The notes beneath the pieces were generated by a model that was not told the origin of the DNA, did not search any database, and saw only the letters and a program-made list of their open reading frames with translations. A DNA stretch of 64,000 bases, taken from the NCBI GenBank assembly GCA_963729625.1, contig CAVSOU010000008.1, forward strand, positions 704,001-768,000, given 5' to 3'. This document shows, in pieces, positions 19,954 to 30,172 of this stretch. Position numbers and translations under genes: made by a program. The stretch is from an uncultured bacterium (lineage in GTDB: Bacteria; Chloroflexota; UBA5177; JANWHV01). Every line of letters starts with the position of its first letter. Position 1 is the first letter of the stretch.

Positions 19954-21681
19954 TCAGACGGTGATTGTCTTGCCGTCGAACGTTGTGAGCGAGAAGCCGT
20001 TGAAATGCTCGTTATAGGTACGGCGCTCATCCGCAAGGATACCGATCGCGACTGCCTCGCCCAGGCGCAGACCAACGAGATTGTCGGAACGCCAGTGAAT
20101 TCCACCGAAGCCGCGACCGATCGCGAGGTTTCCGGCCATCTTATTCAATTCGCCTCCGACGGTGAGCGCCGGCCCGGTATACGGCACCAGGGTCTTCGCG
20201 TCCGGACCCGGGATCACCGCCGTCGGTAACACCGCCGATTCGTCAAACCAGGCTTTGAGCAGGGTCACACAGGCGCCCGTCACGGCGGGATGGCCGGCGG
20301 GATACGATGGATGGTTGGGGCAGCCTTCCGGACTGCCAATCGGCAGCAAGTACGAACCGTAGTTGGCCTGGACGGCATCCAGCACCTTCGAGGTGGTGAG
20401 CAGGTCGGCGTGGATCGGATAGCTTGCTTTGCCGGTCTTGTGCAGATGTACTCGCCCGCCGAACTCCTCGGCCCGGATGCGGCGATGTACGATCCATTTG
20501 TAGTAGAAGGAAACGTCCACGGCGGTGTTGGCCACCTTCGCCACCATCTCGTATAGATGGTGCGGGCCGAATGTGCTGACCCCTGCCTGATTCTTTGAAG
20601 ACAGATAGGGGTTACCTTTGTCGAATAGTCCCATCTTCTGCAGGATCAGCGCCGCGTTCAGGTACGCCTGATAGACGAAGTCCCCATGCAGAAACGTGTG
20701 GAAGTCGCGTCCGGTCGACATGTAGCGCGTTTCCGGTGGAGCGGCAGGTGTGCTGGAGGGTTTGGGCGGCACGTACTGGCCGTTCTGTACGACCAGCCAG
20801 TCATCAAAGGTGGTCAAGTGGTCCTTGCTCGGCGCCACTGGGTACAACTGGGGGACAGTCTGTACGCCGTAGGGGATAGCCTGCGTGAGAAACTGCGAGA
20901 CGAAGGGCCCGGTCGTTTCTCCCGCCAGTCCCATGGTGAAGACCGTCGCCGGAGTCACTGAGCCACCGACCTTGGGGCCACGGAAATCGGAGAGGCGCGA
21001 GAGGTCCGCCGCGGCCCGTGCCACGAGTGGATCAGTGGGATAGGCCGAGAACGGTACGTCGCGCGCCAGGGCCAGCCAGTACATTTCGGCCATCTCTGCC
21101 GCCTCTTCCGCACTGCTGAAGCTGGGCGCGGGCGGCACCGCGTACGCGGCGGAGTCGGTACCCTGCAGAAGGTAGGCGTAGCTGGCCTGGGGATTGGCGA
21201 ACTTCTGCGTGCCGCCCATCGGAATGGCCTCCCAATCCTCTGGCCGGGCGCTGCCTACAGCCTTCAGATAGGCAGCATAGGCAGCAGGATCGACTTCACC
21301 GATCGCGTTGTGGGGAAGGAGCTTGCTGTTGCTGGCGAAGCGTGTTCCGTACGCCAGTTCATCGCCATTGGGCGTGATCGCCGCTGTCTGGTGGCTCTGG
21401 AATGAGGCTGCCGCTACGCGCACGGCGTAGGCTCGGCCGGCACGGGCGGTGCCGCCGTCGGCGATCGCCGGCGCGGCTCCCGGGCCGAGAGGCGCGGCCG
21501 CCGCCGGCCGCGGCATTGGGAGGCCGCCCACCGCGCCTGCCACCGCAAGCGCCGTGGCCGCGCCGCCTGCCTGTCGAAGAAAGCCTCGACGGGTCATGCC
21601 CGTGCGGGGGTGTGTGGATACGAGGTTGGCCTCCTCGACCGTGGAGGGATTGTTCCGCTCCTGAGCGCGTACGGTGTTCAT
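19954..21681 (-). CDS. Tat-exported vanadium-dependent haloperoxidase (PAP2 superfamily)
   Basis: TRRGFL Tat motif; EMAEMYWLALARDVPF; vanadate motifs KWIVHRRIR, HPSYPAGH, RGFGGIHWRSD; GELNK. Confidence 0.92.
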   Translation of the reverse strand: MNTVRAQERNNPSTVEEANLVSTHPRTGMTRRGFLRQAGGAATALAVAGAVGGLPMPRPAAAAPLGPGAAPAIADGGTARAGRAYAVRVAAASFQSHQTAAITPNGDELAYGTRFASNSKLLPHNAIGEVDPAAYAAYLKAVGSARPEDWEAIPMGGTQKFANPQASYAYLLQGTDSAAYAVPPAPSFSSAEEAAEMAEMYWLALARDVPFSAYPTDPLVARAAADLSRLSDFRGPKVGGSVTPATVFTMGLAGETTGPFVSQFLTQAIPYGVQTVPQLYPVAPSKDHLTTFDDWLVVQNGQYVPPKPSSTPAAPPETRYMSTGRDFHTFLHGDFVYQAYLNAALILQKMGLFDKGNPYLSSKNQAGVSTFGPHHLYEMVAKVANTAVDVSFYYKWIVHRRIRAEEFGGRVHLHKTGKASYPIHADLLTTSKVLDAVQANYGSYLLPIGSPEGCPNHPSYPAGHPAVTGACVTLLKAWFDESAVLPTAVIPGPDAKTLVPYTGPALTVGGELNKMAGNLAIGRGFGGIHWRSDNLVGLRLGEAVAIGILADERRTYNEHFNGFSLTTFDGKTITV

Positions 21682-21884
21682 TTCTCGTCCCTGTCTTTCA
21701 TGGGTGACTGCTCCACGGCGCCTTCACTGTGCCCGCGGGTTCCTCCGTGGCAGCCGTGCCAGCTCGCCCGCAGCCGGCGTACCACCGGTCTGGGTCGGAT
21801 GCGTGGTGTCCTTGTCACTCCGCAGCCGCCCAGGTTGGGTGGTCCTGCCGTCCTCTTCTTCCCTTTGACCTCTTGCGGCCGAGC

Positions 21885-22349
21885 CTACGCGCCAGCGTAG
21901 ACGACGAAGTCGTCGCGGACGATCATGCCGTTGACCACGCCGAAGATGTGAACGCAGCGGCCTTTGACGACGTTGGCACCGTCATAAGCGGTCTCGTAGT
22001 GGACCACCATGCCGGGCACCGGGCTGTACTGGCTGACTTCCTTGAGGTGGTAGCCGACGTGGCTGGCTGCAAAGGCTTTGTACCAGCCCTCGATCGCTGG
22101 GAGCCTGTGGAAGACACTCGTCTGGCCAGCAGGGGTGGAGACGACAAACGTGGCATTGGGGGCGTACACCGTGCCAAACTCGCTGATGCTAGCTCCGTGC
22201 AGTGAGTTGCTGAACACCGTGAAGTAGGAGAGGACGACTGCTGAGGGGCTAGGTGCGGGCGCGGCGGACGTGTGCACAGCTGCATTGCTTGCCGTAATGG
22301 ACACCAACAGCATGCTGCCTAGCAGCAGGGACGCGAGTCGGATGCGCAT
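21885..22349 (-). CDS. Secreted NTF2/SnoaL-like fold protein
   Basis: Sec signal peptide; pattern VYAPNATF...AIEGWY...HIFGVVNGMIVRDD; AAGGAG RBS. Confidence 0.7.
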   Translation of the reverse strand: MRIRLASLLLGSMLLVSITASNAAVHTSAAPAPSPSAVVLSYFTVFSNSLHGASISEFGTVYAPNATFVVSTPAGQTSVFHRLPAIEGWYKAFAASHVGYHLKEVSQYSPVPGMVVHYETAYDGANVVKGRCVHIFGVVNGMIVRDDFVVYAGA

Positions 22350-22860
22350 GGAAGATTCTCCTTACTGAAGAGGCTCCGTCTTTGATGGAGCGTCACTCGT
22401 GGATCAGGTGAAAACGTGAGCGTATCGGGTGCCGTGTGTTTAGGTCATGGCCTTCTCCTCCTTTCTACGCACTTCGGCGGCCGTCACTCTCCGGCACGGC
22501 CAGAATGTAGTGGGCACGCTGCTGCAGGAGGACGCCACCGGAGTCGTCGGTGAACGGGCCGAGGGCCCGCAGCACCGCTGCCTTGAGCGGTCGAACTCCG
22601 ACCTCTCGCAAAGCCGCCTGCATCACACCTGCCGATGCCTGCGCCAGCCAGGCCGTCTCCTGGTCCGGATACGCTGCCGGACAGTCTACGGCGCTGTCTA
22701 TCCTCCAGCTTGGGCCATTTTGAGGAGTATAGACAGGAAAAACTCACAGAATGGCCGGCAGGACGGCACGCTATACCACTGTGTGGCACGATAGTGGCAG
22801 GGGCACAGCGACCGCCGGCGAACCAGACCGTAGCGCAGCGAGACTGGCAAGGCGAGAGGA

Positions 22861-25818
22861 TTGATCCAGGACGTGAGCAATGGCCTCACCTTCGGCACGC
22901 TGCTGCGCCGCGCTCGCCGGGCGGCAGGGCTGACCCAGGAAGAGGCGGCCGAGCGCTCAGGCGTGAGCGCGCGGACAATCAGCGACATGGAGCGTGGGGT
23001 CAGCCACACCCCTCACGCGGACACGGTGGTCCTTCTGGCCGAGGCGCTTGGACTGCAAGGCGCAGAGCAGGCGGCGTTTGCGATCGCGGCCAAACGGCAG
23101 CGGACGCAGGCTCCTCATGTGCTGTCGGGCCGGTGCAAGGATCCGATGGCCGGCGACCGGGCCCCCGTTCCGTTCGTGGGCCGGCGGTTGGAGCTGGCCC
23201 TGCTGGACCGCCATCTGGCCGGCCAGGGCCCGCCGGTGCTGTTGCTGGCCGGGGAGCCGGGCATGGGCAAGACACGCTTGCTCCACGCGGCCGTTCCGCG
23301 TGCCGTGGCCCGCGGTTGGCGGGTGCTGGAGGGCGGCTGCCAGCGCCGGGGAGGCCAGGCGCCCTATGCTCCGGTGCTGGAGGCGCTGCAGCGCCATATA
23401 CGGAGCCAGCCTGTCGGCGACCTCCGCGTTCAGCTGCGCGGCTGCGCCTGGCTGGTCCGCCTGCTCCCCGAGCTGGCCGATGGGCCCATCGAGCCGCTGC
23501 CCACCTGGGCTGTGCTCCCGGAGCAGGAGCGGCGGCTGATGTTCGAGGCGGTTGCCCGTTTCCTGACGAATGTCGCGGAGGAGGCCGGCGCCCTGCTTCT
23601 GCTCGACGACCTGCAGTGGGCCGGCCAGGATGCCCTCGATCTGCTGGCGTCGCTGGCACGCGCAGCTGAAGAGATCCCGCTATTGGTGCTGGGAGCCTAC
23701 CGTGATACAGACGTCCGGGCGCAACATGCTCTCTCGGTCATGCTCTCCGACCTGGCCCAGGCGGGATTGACGGCGCACCGGCGGCTGGGGCCGCTGGCCC
23801 CGGAAGACGCCACCGACCTGCTGGACGGGCTGCTGGTGGATGCAGACGCTGCGCTGCGAGCGCGGGTGCACGAGCGGGCAGGCGGCGTGCCATTCTTCTT
23901 GGTGAGCTGTGCGCAAGGACTGCGGCCAGGCGACCTGGACGGGGGGCAAGACGCGCTACCGTGGGCCGTGGAGCAGAGTATTCGCCAGCGCGTGGCCGCA
24001 TTGCCGGCTGGAGCCGATGATGTACTGGCAACGGCGGCGGTGGTGGGCCGCGAGGTGCCGCGCGCGCTGTTAGTCACGGTGACGCAGTGTGAAGAGAGCC
24101 GGGTGCTCGCGGCCTGTGAGGCCGCCTGCCGGGCACGGCTGCTGGAAGAGCAGGGGGCGGATAGCTACCGATTCGTCCATGATGCCATCCGAGAAGTGCT
24201 CGAAGCCGACCTGGGGGCGGGGCGGCGGGCGCGGACGCACCGACGGCTCGCCGAGGCCTTGGAGCAGGCGCCGGGGGAGCCGCCGGTGGCACTGTTGGCC
24301 TACCACTATGAGCGAAGCGGGAATCAGGACAAGGCTGTGCGCTACCTGGAACAGGCCGGAGACCTGGCACAGGCGCAGGCGGCCTTCGCCGCGGCGGAGC
24401 GCTGTTACCAAGAACTGCTTGGTCGCCTGAATGGGAAGGGGAGTGTGCCGGACAGTGTGCGCGTGCGCGAGAAACTCGCCGCTGTGTTGGCCACTACCGC
24501 CCGCTTCGATGCGGCACTGGCGCTGCTGAAGCAGGCGGAAGATATCCTGCAGGCCGCCGGGGATCTCGAGGGTCTGGGCCGGGTAGCGGCCCGCATAGGA
24601 CGCATCCACTACCTGCGGGGAACTATCGAGGAAGGAGTGGCATGCCTCCAGCCTCTCCAGCAGCGCCTGGAGGCTATTGGCCCGTCGGTAGGCCTCGCCA
24701 TGCTGTACACCGCGTTAGCGGAGCTTAACCTCAATTGGGGGCATTGGGCGCAGGAGGTGGTCGCGGCCGAGCGTGCCGCGCACGTAGCGCGTCTCGTGGG
24801 AGACCAGCGCCTGCTGGCCCGTGCGGAGGTGCTGCGCGGCGCGGCCCTGTGTCTGATGAGCCGAGAGGAGGAGGGTGTTGCGGTCTTCTCAGAGGTGATG
24901 AGGCTGGCCGAGACGGATGGCGATCTCGAAGCGGTGTGTCAAGCGCTTGGTGGCATGGCCTGGGTCTACTTCGATCGAAGCGAGTTCGAGCAGAGCACCC
25001 GGTACATCGAGCGAGCGTTACAGTTGGCGGAGAAACTGGGCAACCCGGTGCTGCTGGCGGAGCAGATCAGCACCCTCGGCGCGCTCGCGTTCTACGCCGG
25101 CGAGTGGGATCGAGCGCGTGGATACTATGCGCGGGCCGTGACCATCCACCGCCAGATAGCGCTCTCGGCGAGTTCGTGCGATGCCGGCGGCCTGCTGTTG
25201 CGGCTGGGGAAGCTGAGTCTGTGCGAAGGCACCTGGGATGAGGCGTACCGCTATCTGGAGCAGGCCAGGATCATCTTTCTTCCCCAGGGAAAGCGCTCAG
25301 GGTTACGCGAGGCGCAGAGCATGCTCGCCGAATTCGACATCCTGACGGGGCAGCCGGCGACGGCACGTGCGCGCCTCGTCCCGCTCCTCGACCGCGCGGG
25401 CGTGCAGGAGCGGCATGTTACCCTGTGCGTGCTGCCGGCGCTGGCCTGGGCCTATCTGGAGCTGGGCGATGTGGACCAGGCCAACCGTACGATCACGGAC
25501 GCGATCAGGCGGGCCCGAGCGGGTGGCTATCGGCTCAGCCTCGTCGACGACCTGCGTGTGCAGGCGCTGGTGGCGCTCAGGCAGGGTCGGTGGGTGGAGG
25601 CCGAAGACGTGCTTGAGGAGGGTCTGGCCCTGGCGCGCGCCTTGCCGTATCCGTATGGCGAGGGGCGGTTGCTGGATGTCTCTGCACGGCTGCACGTGGA
25701 GCGCAGCGACGTCACCGCAGCGCGAGAACGACTGGCGGCGGCGCTGGCCGTCTTCCGACGTCTTGGTGCCCGCAAGGACTTCGAGCTGACGGAGCAGCTG
25801 CTGGCGAGACTCGGCTGA
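22861..25818 (+). CDS. XRE-HTH + AAA/STAND ATPase + TPR transcriptional regulator
   Basis: FGTLLRRARRAAGLTQEEAAERSGVSARTISDMERG; FVGR; GEPGMGKT; LLDDLQWA; GGVPFF; TPRs. Confidence 0.92.
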   Translation: MIQDVSNGLTFGTLLRRARRAAGLTQEEAAERSGVSARTISDMERGVSHTPHADTVVLLAEALGLQGAEQAAFAIAAKRQRTQAPHVLSGRCKDPMAGDRAPVPFVGRRLELALLDRHLAGQGPPVLLLAGEPGMGKTRLLHAAVPRAVARGWRVLEGGCQRRGGQAPYAPVLEALQRHIRSQPVGDLRVQLRGCAWLVRLLPELADGPIEPLPTWAVLPEQERRLMFEAVARFLTNVAEEAGALLLLDDLQWAGQDALDLLASLARAAEEIPLLVLGAYRDTDVRAQHALSVMLSDLAQAGLTAHRRLGPLAPEDATDLLDGLLVDADAALRARVHERAGGVPFFLVSCAQGLRPGDLDGGQDALPWAVEQSIRQRVAALPAGADDVLATAAVVGREVPRALLVTVTQCEESRVLAACEAACRARLLEEQGADSYRFVHDAIREVLEADLGAGRRARTHRRLAEALEQAPGEPPVALLAYHYERSGNQDKAVRYLEQAGDLAQAQAAFAAAERCYQELLGRLNGKGSVPDSVRVREKLAAVLATTARFDAALALLKQAEDILQAAGDLEGLGRVAARIGRIHYLRGTIEEGVACLQPLQQRLEAIGPSVGLAMLYTALAELNLNWGHWAQEVVAAERAAHVARLVGDQRLLARAEVLRGAALCLMSREEEGVAVFSEVMRLAETDGDLEAVCQALGGMAWVYFDRSEFEQSTRYIERALQLAEKLGNPVLLAEQISTLGALAFYAGEWDRARGYYARAVTIHRQIALSASSCDAGGLLLRLGKLSLCEGTWDEAYRYLEQARIIFLPQGKRSGLREAQSMLAEFDILTGQPATARARLVPLLDRAGVQERHVTLCVLPALAWAYLELGDVDQANRTITDAIRRARAGGYRLSLVDDLRVQALVALRQGRWVEAEDVLEEGLALARALPYPYGEGRLLDVSARLHVERSDVTAARERLAAALAVFRRLGARKDFELTEQLLARLG

Positions 25819-26185
25819 CCAGGGATTCAGAACGCTTGCGCCCGCATGGCGCCGAGCCCGGAGCGGCGACTTATGCGCGCTCAGCTCTTGCCGACCTCGA
25901 CGTAGTCGGTGTAGGCGGCTTCGCCGACCGGCGTTGCCAACGAGGCCCACCGGTCCAATACACTCTTGGCGGCGCCCACTATGCGCTGGGCCTCGGCGCC
26001 AAGCTTGTGGCGCCAAGCTTATGGCTCCAGCCTGTTGCCGGCCTCACTGCCGGATCTCCGAGAGGATGCTCCCCGGTATGCATGCTGCAGGCGGAAACAC
26101 GGCTCCAGCGTGCGGGATGAGCACGCCCGCTGAGGGTCCACCGGTCACGGCAGGGCCGGCCGCGCAGGCCCTGGCGCGGCCGCGC

Positions 26186-26335
26186 AAATACCGTGAAGCC
26201 GTTGATGCCAACATGAATACCTGGGCAGCGGGGGCCGAGCACTTCGTCCGGGCAAGTCGAGGCGCCGGTATCGATAGCCTCCTTCCAGATGCACTCCTCG
26301 CGTGCTTCAGGAAGGCTGTTGACCGTGGCCAGGAG
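26186..26335 (+). pseudogene. Relic of an imine-reductase / 6PGDH-like oxidoreductase C-terminus
   Basis: ANMNTWAAGAEHFVRASRGAGIDSLLPDALLACFRKAVDRG resembles the IRED helical C-terminal domain; no Rossmann N-terminus present. Confidence 0.5.
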
Positions 26336-26470
26336 CCACCATTTCTTGGTCACCGTGGCCAGCACCTGGCTGTTGGGACACGCATCGACCGCGAATTTCC
26401 GCTTTCGGATGCAGGCGTACACTGGAGTAGGATGACGACCTCATCCGTGTGCAGTGAGGAGTAGGGAGCG

Positions 26471-29400
26471 ATGGTTTCGAGGAGGCAGCGGCGTCTGGTC
26501 CGTGTGCTCGTGACGATCCTCGTGCTCGTGGCCCCGCTCGTGACGACGGCGGGCGATTGGCCGACCTATCTGCATGACGCGAGCCGCAGTGCGGCCAGTC
26601 TGGGCGAGACGACGCTCTCGACGGCCAACGCCGGCCAGCTGGTCGAACACTGGGCGTACAAGACCGGGGGCATGATCGCGGCGTCGCCGACGGTGGTGGG
26701 CAACACGGTGTACGTGGGCGCCTGGGACGGCTACGAGTACGCGCTGAACGCCACGACCGGCGCCCTGGAGTGGAAGACCTTCCTGGGCATCACGGGACCG
26801 TACGCCGCCTGCAACCCGCCATCGGCAGGCATCACCTCGGGCGCGGCGGTGGTGAATGGGGTGGTGTACGTGGGCGGCGGCGACCACACCGGTGGCACGA
26901 ACACCTCCTTCTATGCGCTCGACGCCGGCAGCGGCGCCATCCTGTGGACGGTGAATACGGGGGATGGCAGCGCCACGGGCGGGCACTACGACTGGGCCTC
27001 GCCGCTGATTGTCGGCAACTACGCCTACGTGGGCATTGCCAGCTTCGGCGATTGCCCGCTGGTGCAGGGCCAGTTGCTGAAAGTGGACCTCACGGCGCAC
27101 ACCGTCGTGGCCACGGCGAACCTGGTGTCGAACGGTGAGCTGGGCGCTGGGGTGTGGACGTCGCCCACCTACGACGCGGCCACCAACACGGTCTACGTGA
27201 CCACCGGCACGAAGTTCGCCACGGACCAGACGATGTCGCAGGCGGTGGTGGCGCTGGCGGGGACGGACCTGACGATCGAGAGTGCCTGGCAGATCCCGGA
27301 GGACCAGGCGCTGAGCGACGCGGACTTTGGCACCACGCCGATCCTGGTGACCGACAGTGGCGGGCACCGGCTGGTGGTGGCGATGAACAAGAACGGCTAT
27401 CTGTACGCCTTCAGCCAGCCGGCCAGCGCGACCACGGCCATCGACCTGGCGGCGGGACCGACGTGGGAGGAACAGCTGGACCCGGGCGGGTCCAACCCGT
27501 CGGCGGGGGACGGCACGGTGTCCAGCGCCGCCTTCGCCAACGGCACGCTGTACCAGGCGAGCGGCAATATCGTGGTGAACGGGGTGGGCTACGGCGGCGC
27601 GGTGAGCGCGATCAATCCGGCGAACGGGGCCATCGCATGGCAGCACCCGACCGCCTACCCCATCGTGCCGGCCATTGCCTACGGCAACGGGTTCATCGTG
27701 GACGGGGAGGGGCCGACGGTGGAGGTGCTCGACGCCGGCACCGGCACCCGACTGTACAGCTACACGACCGGGGCGCCGCTCTACGGGCCGCCGGTGGTGG
27801 CCAACGGGCAGATCGTGATCGGCGGCACCGACCACAGCGTCTACGCGTTCGGGCTGCCGGCCAGCACGCCCCCGACCCCGCCCGCGGATGGGAACTGCCC
27901 GAGCGGCTGGACCTGCCAGGACGTCGGCTCGCCGGCGCCGGCGGGCTCGGAGTCGGTGGTGAGCGGCGCCTGGACCGTGCTCGCGGGCGGCGGCGGTCTG
28001 GCCGGCGCTGCGGATGCCTTCCGATTGCTGACCGAACCGGCCACCGGTGACGCGCAGGTCACGGCCAGGATACCCGCGCTGCCCACCGGCACGAGCAACG
28101 CCCTGGCCGGTCTGATCGTGCGCCAGAGTGACGACCCCGCAGCACCGTACTACGCGGCATTCATGGCGGCGTCGGGCACGCTCGTCGTGCAGTATCGCGC
28201 CACGCCCGGGGCGGCTCCGGCCATAGTGACCCAGCAGGCCCGATCGGCGCCGGTCTATCTCGAGATACAGCGGGTAGGCGACCACTTCTCCGCCGCGACG
28301 TCCACCGACGGCTCCAGCTATGCGCTGGTGCCGGGTACGACCGTTACGGCAGCCATGCCGGCCACGGTGCTGGCGGGGCTGGCCGCCGGAGCCGGATTGG
28401 GCGCGAACGGCGCCGCTGCCACCGCCACGTTCAGCCAGGTGGTCGTCGGTCCCCGCACGAACGCGCCCGCTGCCGCGTCCGGGGGCACCTGCCCGAGCGG
28501 CTGGACCTGCGGCGATATCGGCAATCCGTCGCAGGTCGGCACCCAGTCACTCAGCGCGGGAACCTGGACGGTGCAGGGCGGCGGTACCTATATTGCCAAC
28601 CAGTCCGACCAGTTTCACTCTGTCTGGCAAAGCCTGAACGGCGACGGCACGATGGTCGCGCGGGTAGCCAGTCAGTCAAACACGGACCCCAACGCGGAAG
28701 CGGGCATCATGTTCCGCCAGAGCACGGCGGCCGACTCGCCGATGTACGGGCTGCTGGTGACCCCGGGGAATGGGGTGGTGGCGCTCTACCGCTCGAACGG
28801 CTCGTTCAACACGCTGGGGCTGGCGTCGCCTTCCGGCACGGCGCCCGTGTACCTGAAGGTGACCCGCGTGGGCGCCGTCTTCACCGCGTACACCTCAAGC
28901 GATGGCAGTACCTGGACCGCGCTGGGGACCAGCCAGCAGATCGCGCGCTTCCCCAGCACCCTGCTGGTCGGGCTGGCCGTCAGCGCGCACAATACCGGTA
29001 CCCTGGGCAGCGCGCAGTTCAGCAACGTGTCCATTACCCCGACCACCCCCCTGTTCTGCCCAGCGGGCTGGACGTGCGCGGACCTGGGCGGTCCTAACAC
29101 GCAGGGCAGCGACGCGGCCAGCGGCAGCACCTGGACGGTGCAGGGCGGCGGCGGCGACATCTGGGGAGCCAGCGACCAGTTCCACTTCGACTGGCAGACC
29201 CTGCCGGCCGGGGACGGCAGCGTGAGCGCCAAGGTGGTGGCGCAGTCCAACTCGAACGGTTGGGCCAAGGCGGGTCTGATGGTCCGCAGTGCAAACACCG
29301 CGTACGCGGCGTTCTACGCTGTCCTGGTGACCCCGAGCAACGGCATCGTCGTGCAGTACCGGGGCTACACCGGCGAAGGGGCAAATGCCGTGCAGGCGGC

Positions 29401-30163
29401 GTCCAGCACCGGCACCGTGCCGACCTACTTGAAGGTAGCCAGGGCGGGAACCACGTATAGTGCGTACACCGCGAGCGATGGGGTCACCTGGACGCTGCTA
29501 CCCGGCTCCAGCATCACCTTGCCCGCATTTGCCGGGCCACTCCTGGCCGGCGTCGCGGTCACCGCCCACGACCCGGTCGCGCTCAGCGCCGTTACCTTCA
29601 GCGCGGCTGCCGTGACGGGGAGCCAGTCCAGCCCGCAAACGGTCGTGCTGCCTGTTCGAGCAGGATGGAATCTGATCGCTTTGCCCCTTTCCACGACGAC
29701 GCTGGATGCCTGGGGCGTGCTCTCGGCGATCGTGTCCCAAACCCACGGCTACGCCGCTATCGCGGGTCTCGCCGGCGGGCAATGGAGCCAGTACATGTAC
29801 GATGACGTGGCCGATGGGATTGGCGCCGGCGGCAGCGACTTCGGCCTTCAGCTCGGCCAGGGCTACGCGCTTTACAGCGACAAGCCGGGCAGCGTCATCG
29901 TCAGCGGCGAGGCGGCTTCCAACCCGCCGTTGTCCCTCGCTGCCGGATGGAACCTGGTGGGCTTCCCCAGCAATCCGTCCACATCCTACGACATCCTGGC
30001 AAGCGTGCTCGGGCAGACCAACGGCAGCTACGCCGAGATTGACGGCTACACGCGCGGTCAGTGGGGCCCAAGCGCGTTTGATGGCGCCGGTCTGGGCGGC
30101 GCCAACTTCAGCGTGACGTCGGGGCAGGGGTACGCGCTGTTCAGTGATAAGGCAACACCGTAG
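26471..30163 (+). CDS. Large secreted protein: PQQ-type beta-propeller, three repeated beta-sandwich (DUF1349/lectin-like) modules, two C-terminal GWNL repeats
   Basis: Signal peptide; DWPTY; YALNATTGALEW-type propeller repeats; CPxGWTCxDxG-initiated modules at about 27896, 28490 and 29057; GWNLIALP and GWNLVGFP. Confidence 0.85.
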   Translation: MVSRRQRRLVRVLVTILVLVAPLVTTAGDWPTYLHDASRSAASLGETTLSTANAGQLVEHWAYKTGGMIAASPTVVGNTVYVGAWDGYEYALNATTGALEWKTFLGITGPYAACNPPSAGITSGAAVVNGVVYVGGGDHTGGTNTSFYALDAGSGAILWTVNTGDGSATGGHYDWASPLIVGNYAYVGIASFGDCPLVQGQLLKVDLTAHTVVATANLVSNGELGAGVWTSPTYDAATNTVYVTTGTKFATDQTMSQAVVALAGTDLTIESAWQIPEDQALSDADFGTTPILVTDSGGHRLVVAMNKNGYLYAFSQPASATTAIDLAAGPTWEEQLDPGGSNPSAGDGTVSSAAFANGTLYQASGNIVVNGVGYGGAVSAINPANGAIAWQHPTAYPIVPAIAYGNGFIVDGEGPTVEVLDAGTGTRLYSYTTGAPLYGPPVVANGQIVIGGTDHSVYAFGLPASTPPTPPADGNCPSGWTCQDVGSPAPAGSESVVSGAWTVLAGGGGLAGAADAFRLLTEPATGDAQVTARIPALPTGTSNALAGLIVRQSDDPAAPYYAAFMAASGTLVVQYRATPGAAPAIVTQQARSAPVYLEIQRVGDHFSAATSTDGSSYALVPGTTVTAAMPATVLAGLAAGAGLGANGAAATATFSQVVVGPRTNAPAAASGGTCPSGWTCGDIGNPSQVGTQSLSAGTWTVQGGGTYIANQSDQFHSVWQSLNGDGTMVARVASQSNTDPNAEAGIMFRQSTAADSPMYGLLVTPGNGVVALYRSNGSFNTLGLASPSGTAPVYLKVTRVGAVFTAYTSSDGSTWTALGTSQQIARFPSTLLVGLAVSAHNTGTLGSAQFSNVSITPTTPLFCPAGWTCADLGGPNTQGSDAASGSTWTVQGGGGDIWGASDQFHFDWQTLPAGDGSVSAKVVAQSNSNGWAKAGLMVRSANTAYAAFYAVLVTPSNGIVVQYRGYTGEGANAVQAASSTGTVPTYLKVARAGTTYSAYTASDGVTWTLLPGSSITLPAFAGPLLAGVAVTAHDPVALSAVTFSAAAVTGSQSSPQTVVLPVRAGWNLIALPLSTTTLDAWGVLSAIVSQTHGYAAIAGLAGGQWSQYMYDDVADGIGAGGSDFGLQLGQGYALYSDKPGSVIVSGEAASNPPLSLAAGWNLVGFPSNPSTSYDILASVLGQTNGSYAEIDGYTRGQWGPSAFDGAGLGGANFSVTSGQGYALFSDKATP

Positions 30164-30172
30164 CGAGCATTG

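Noticed and set aside
26441-28285. 614-aa minus-strand ORF and similar long antisense ORFs (e.g. 31469-32566, 17235-18179, 11416-12408)
   Set aside because: Shadow frames of real high-GC genes; Arg/Gly/His-rich with no motifs.
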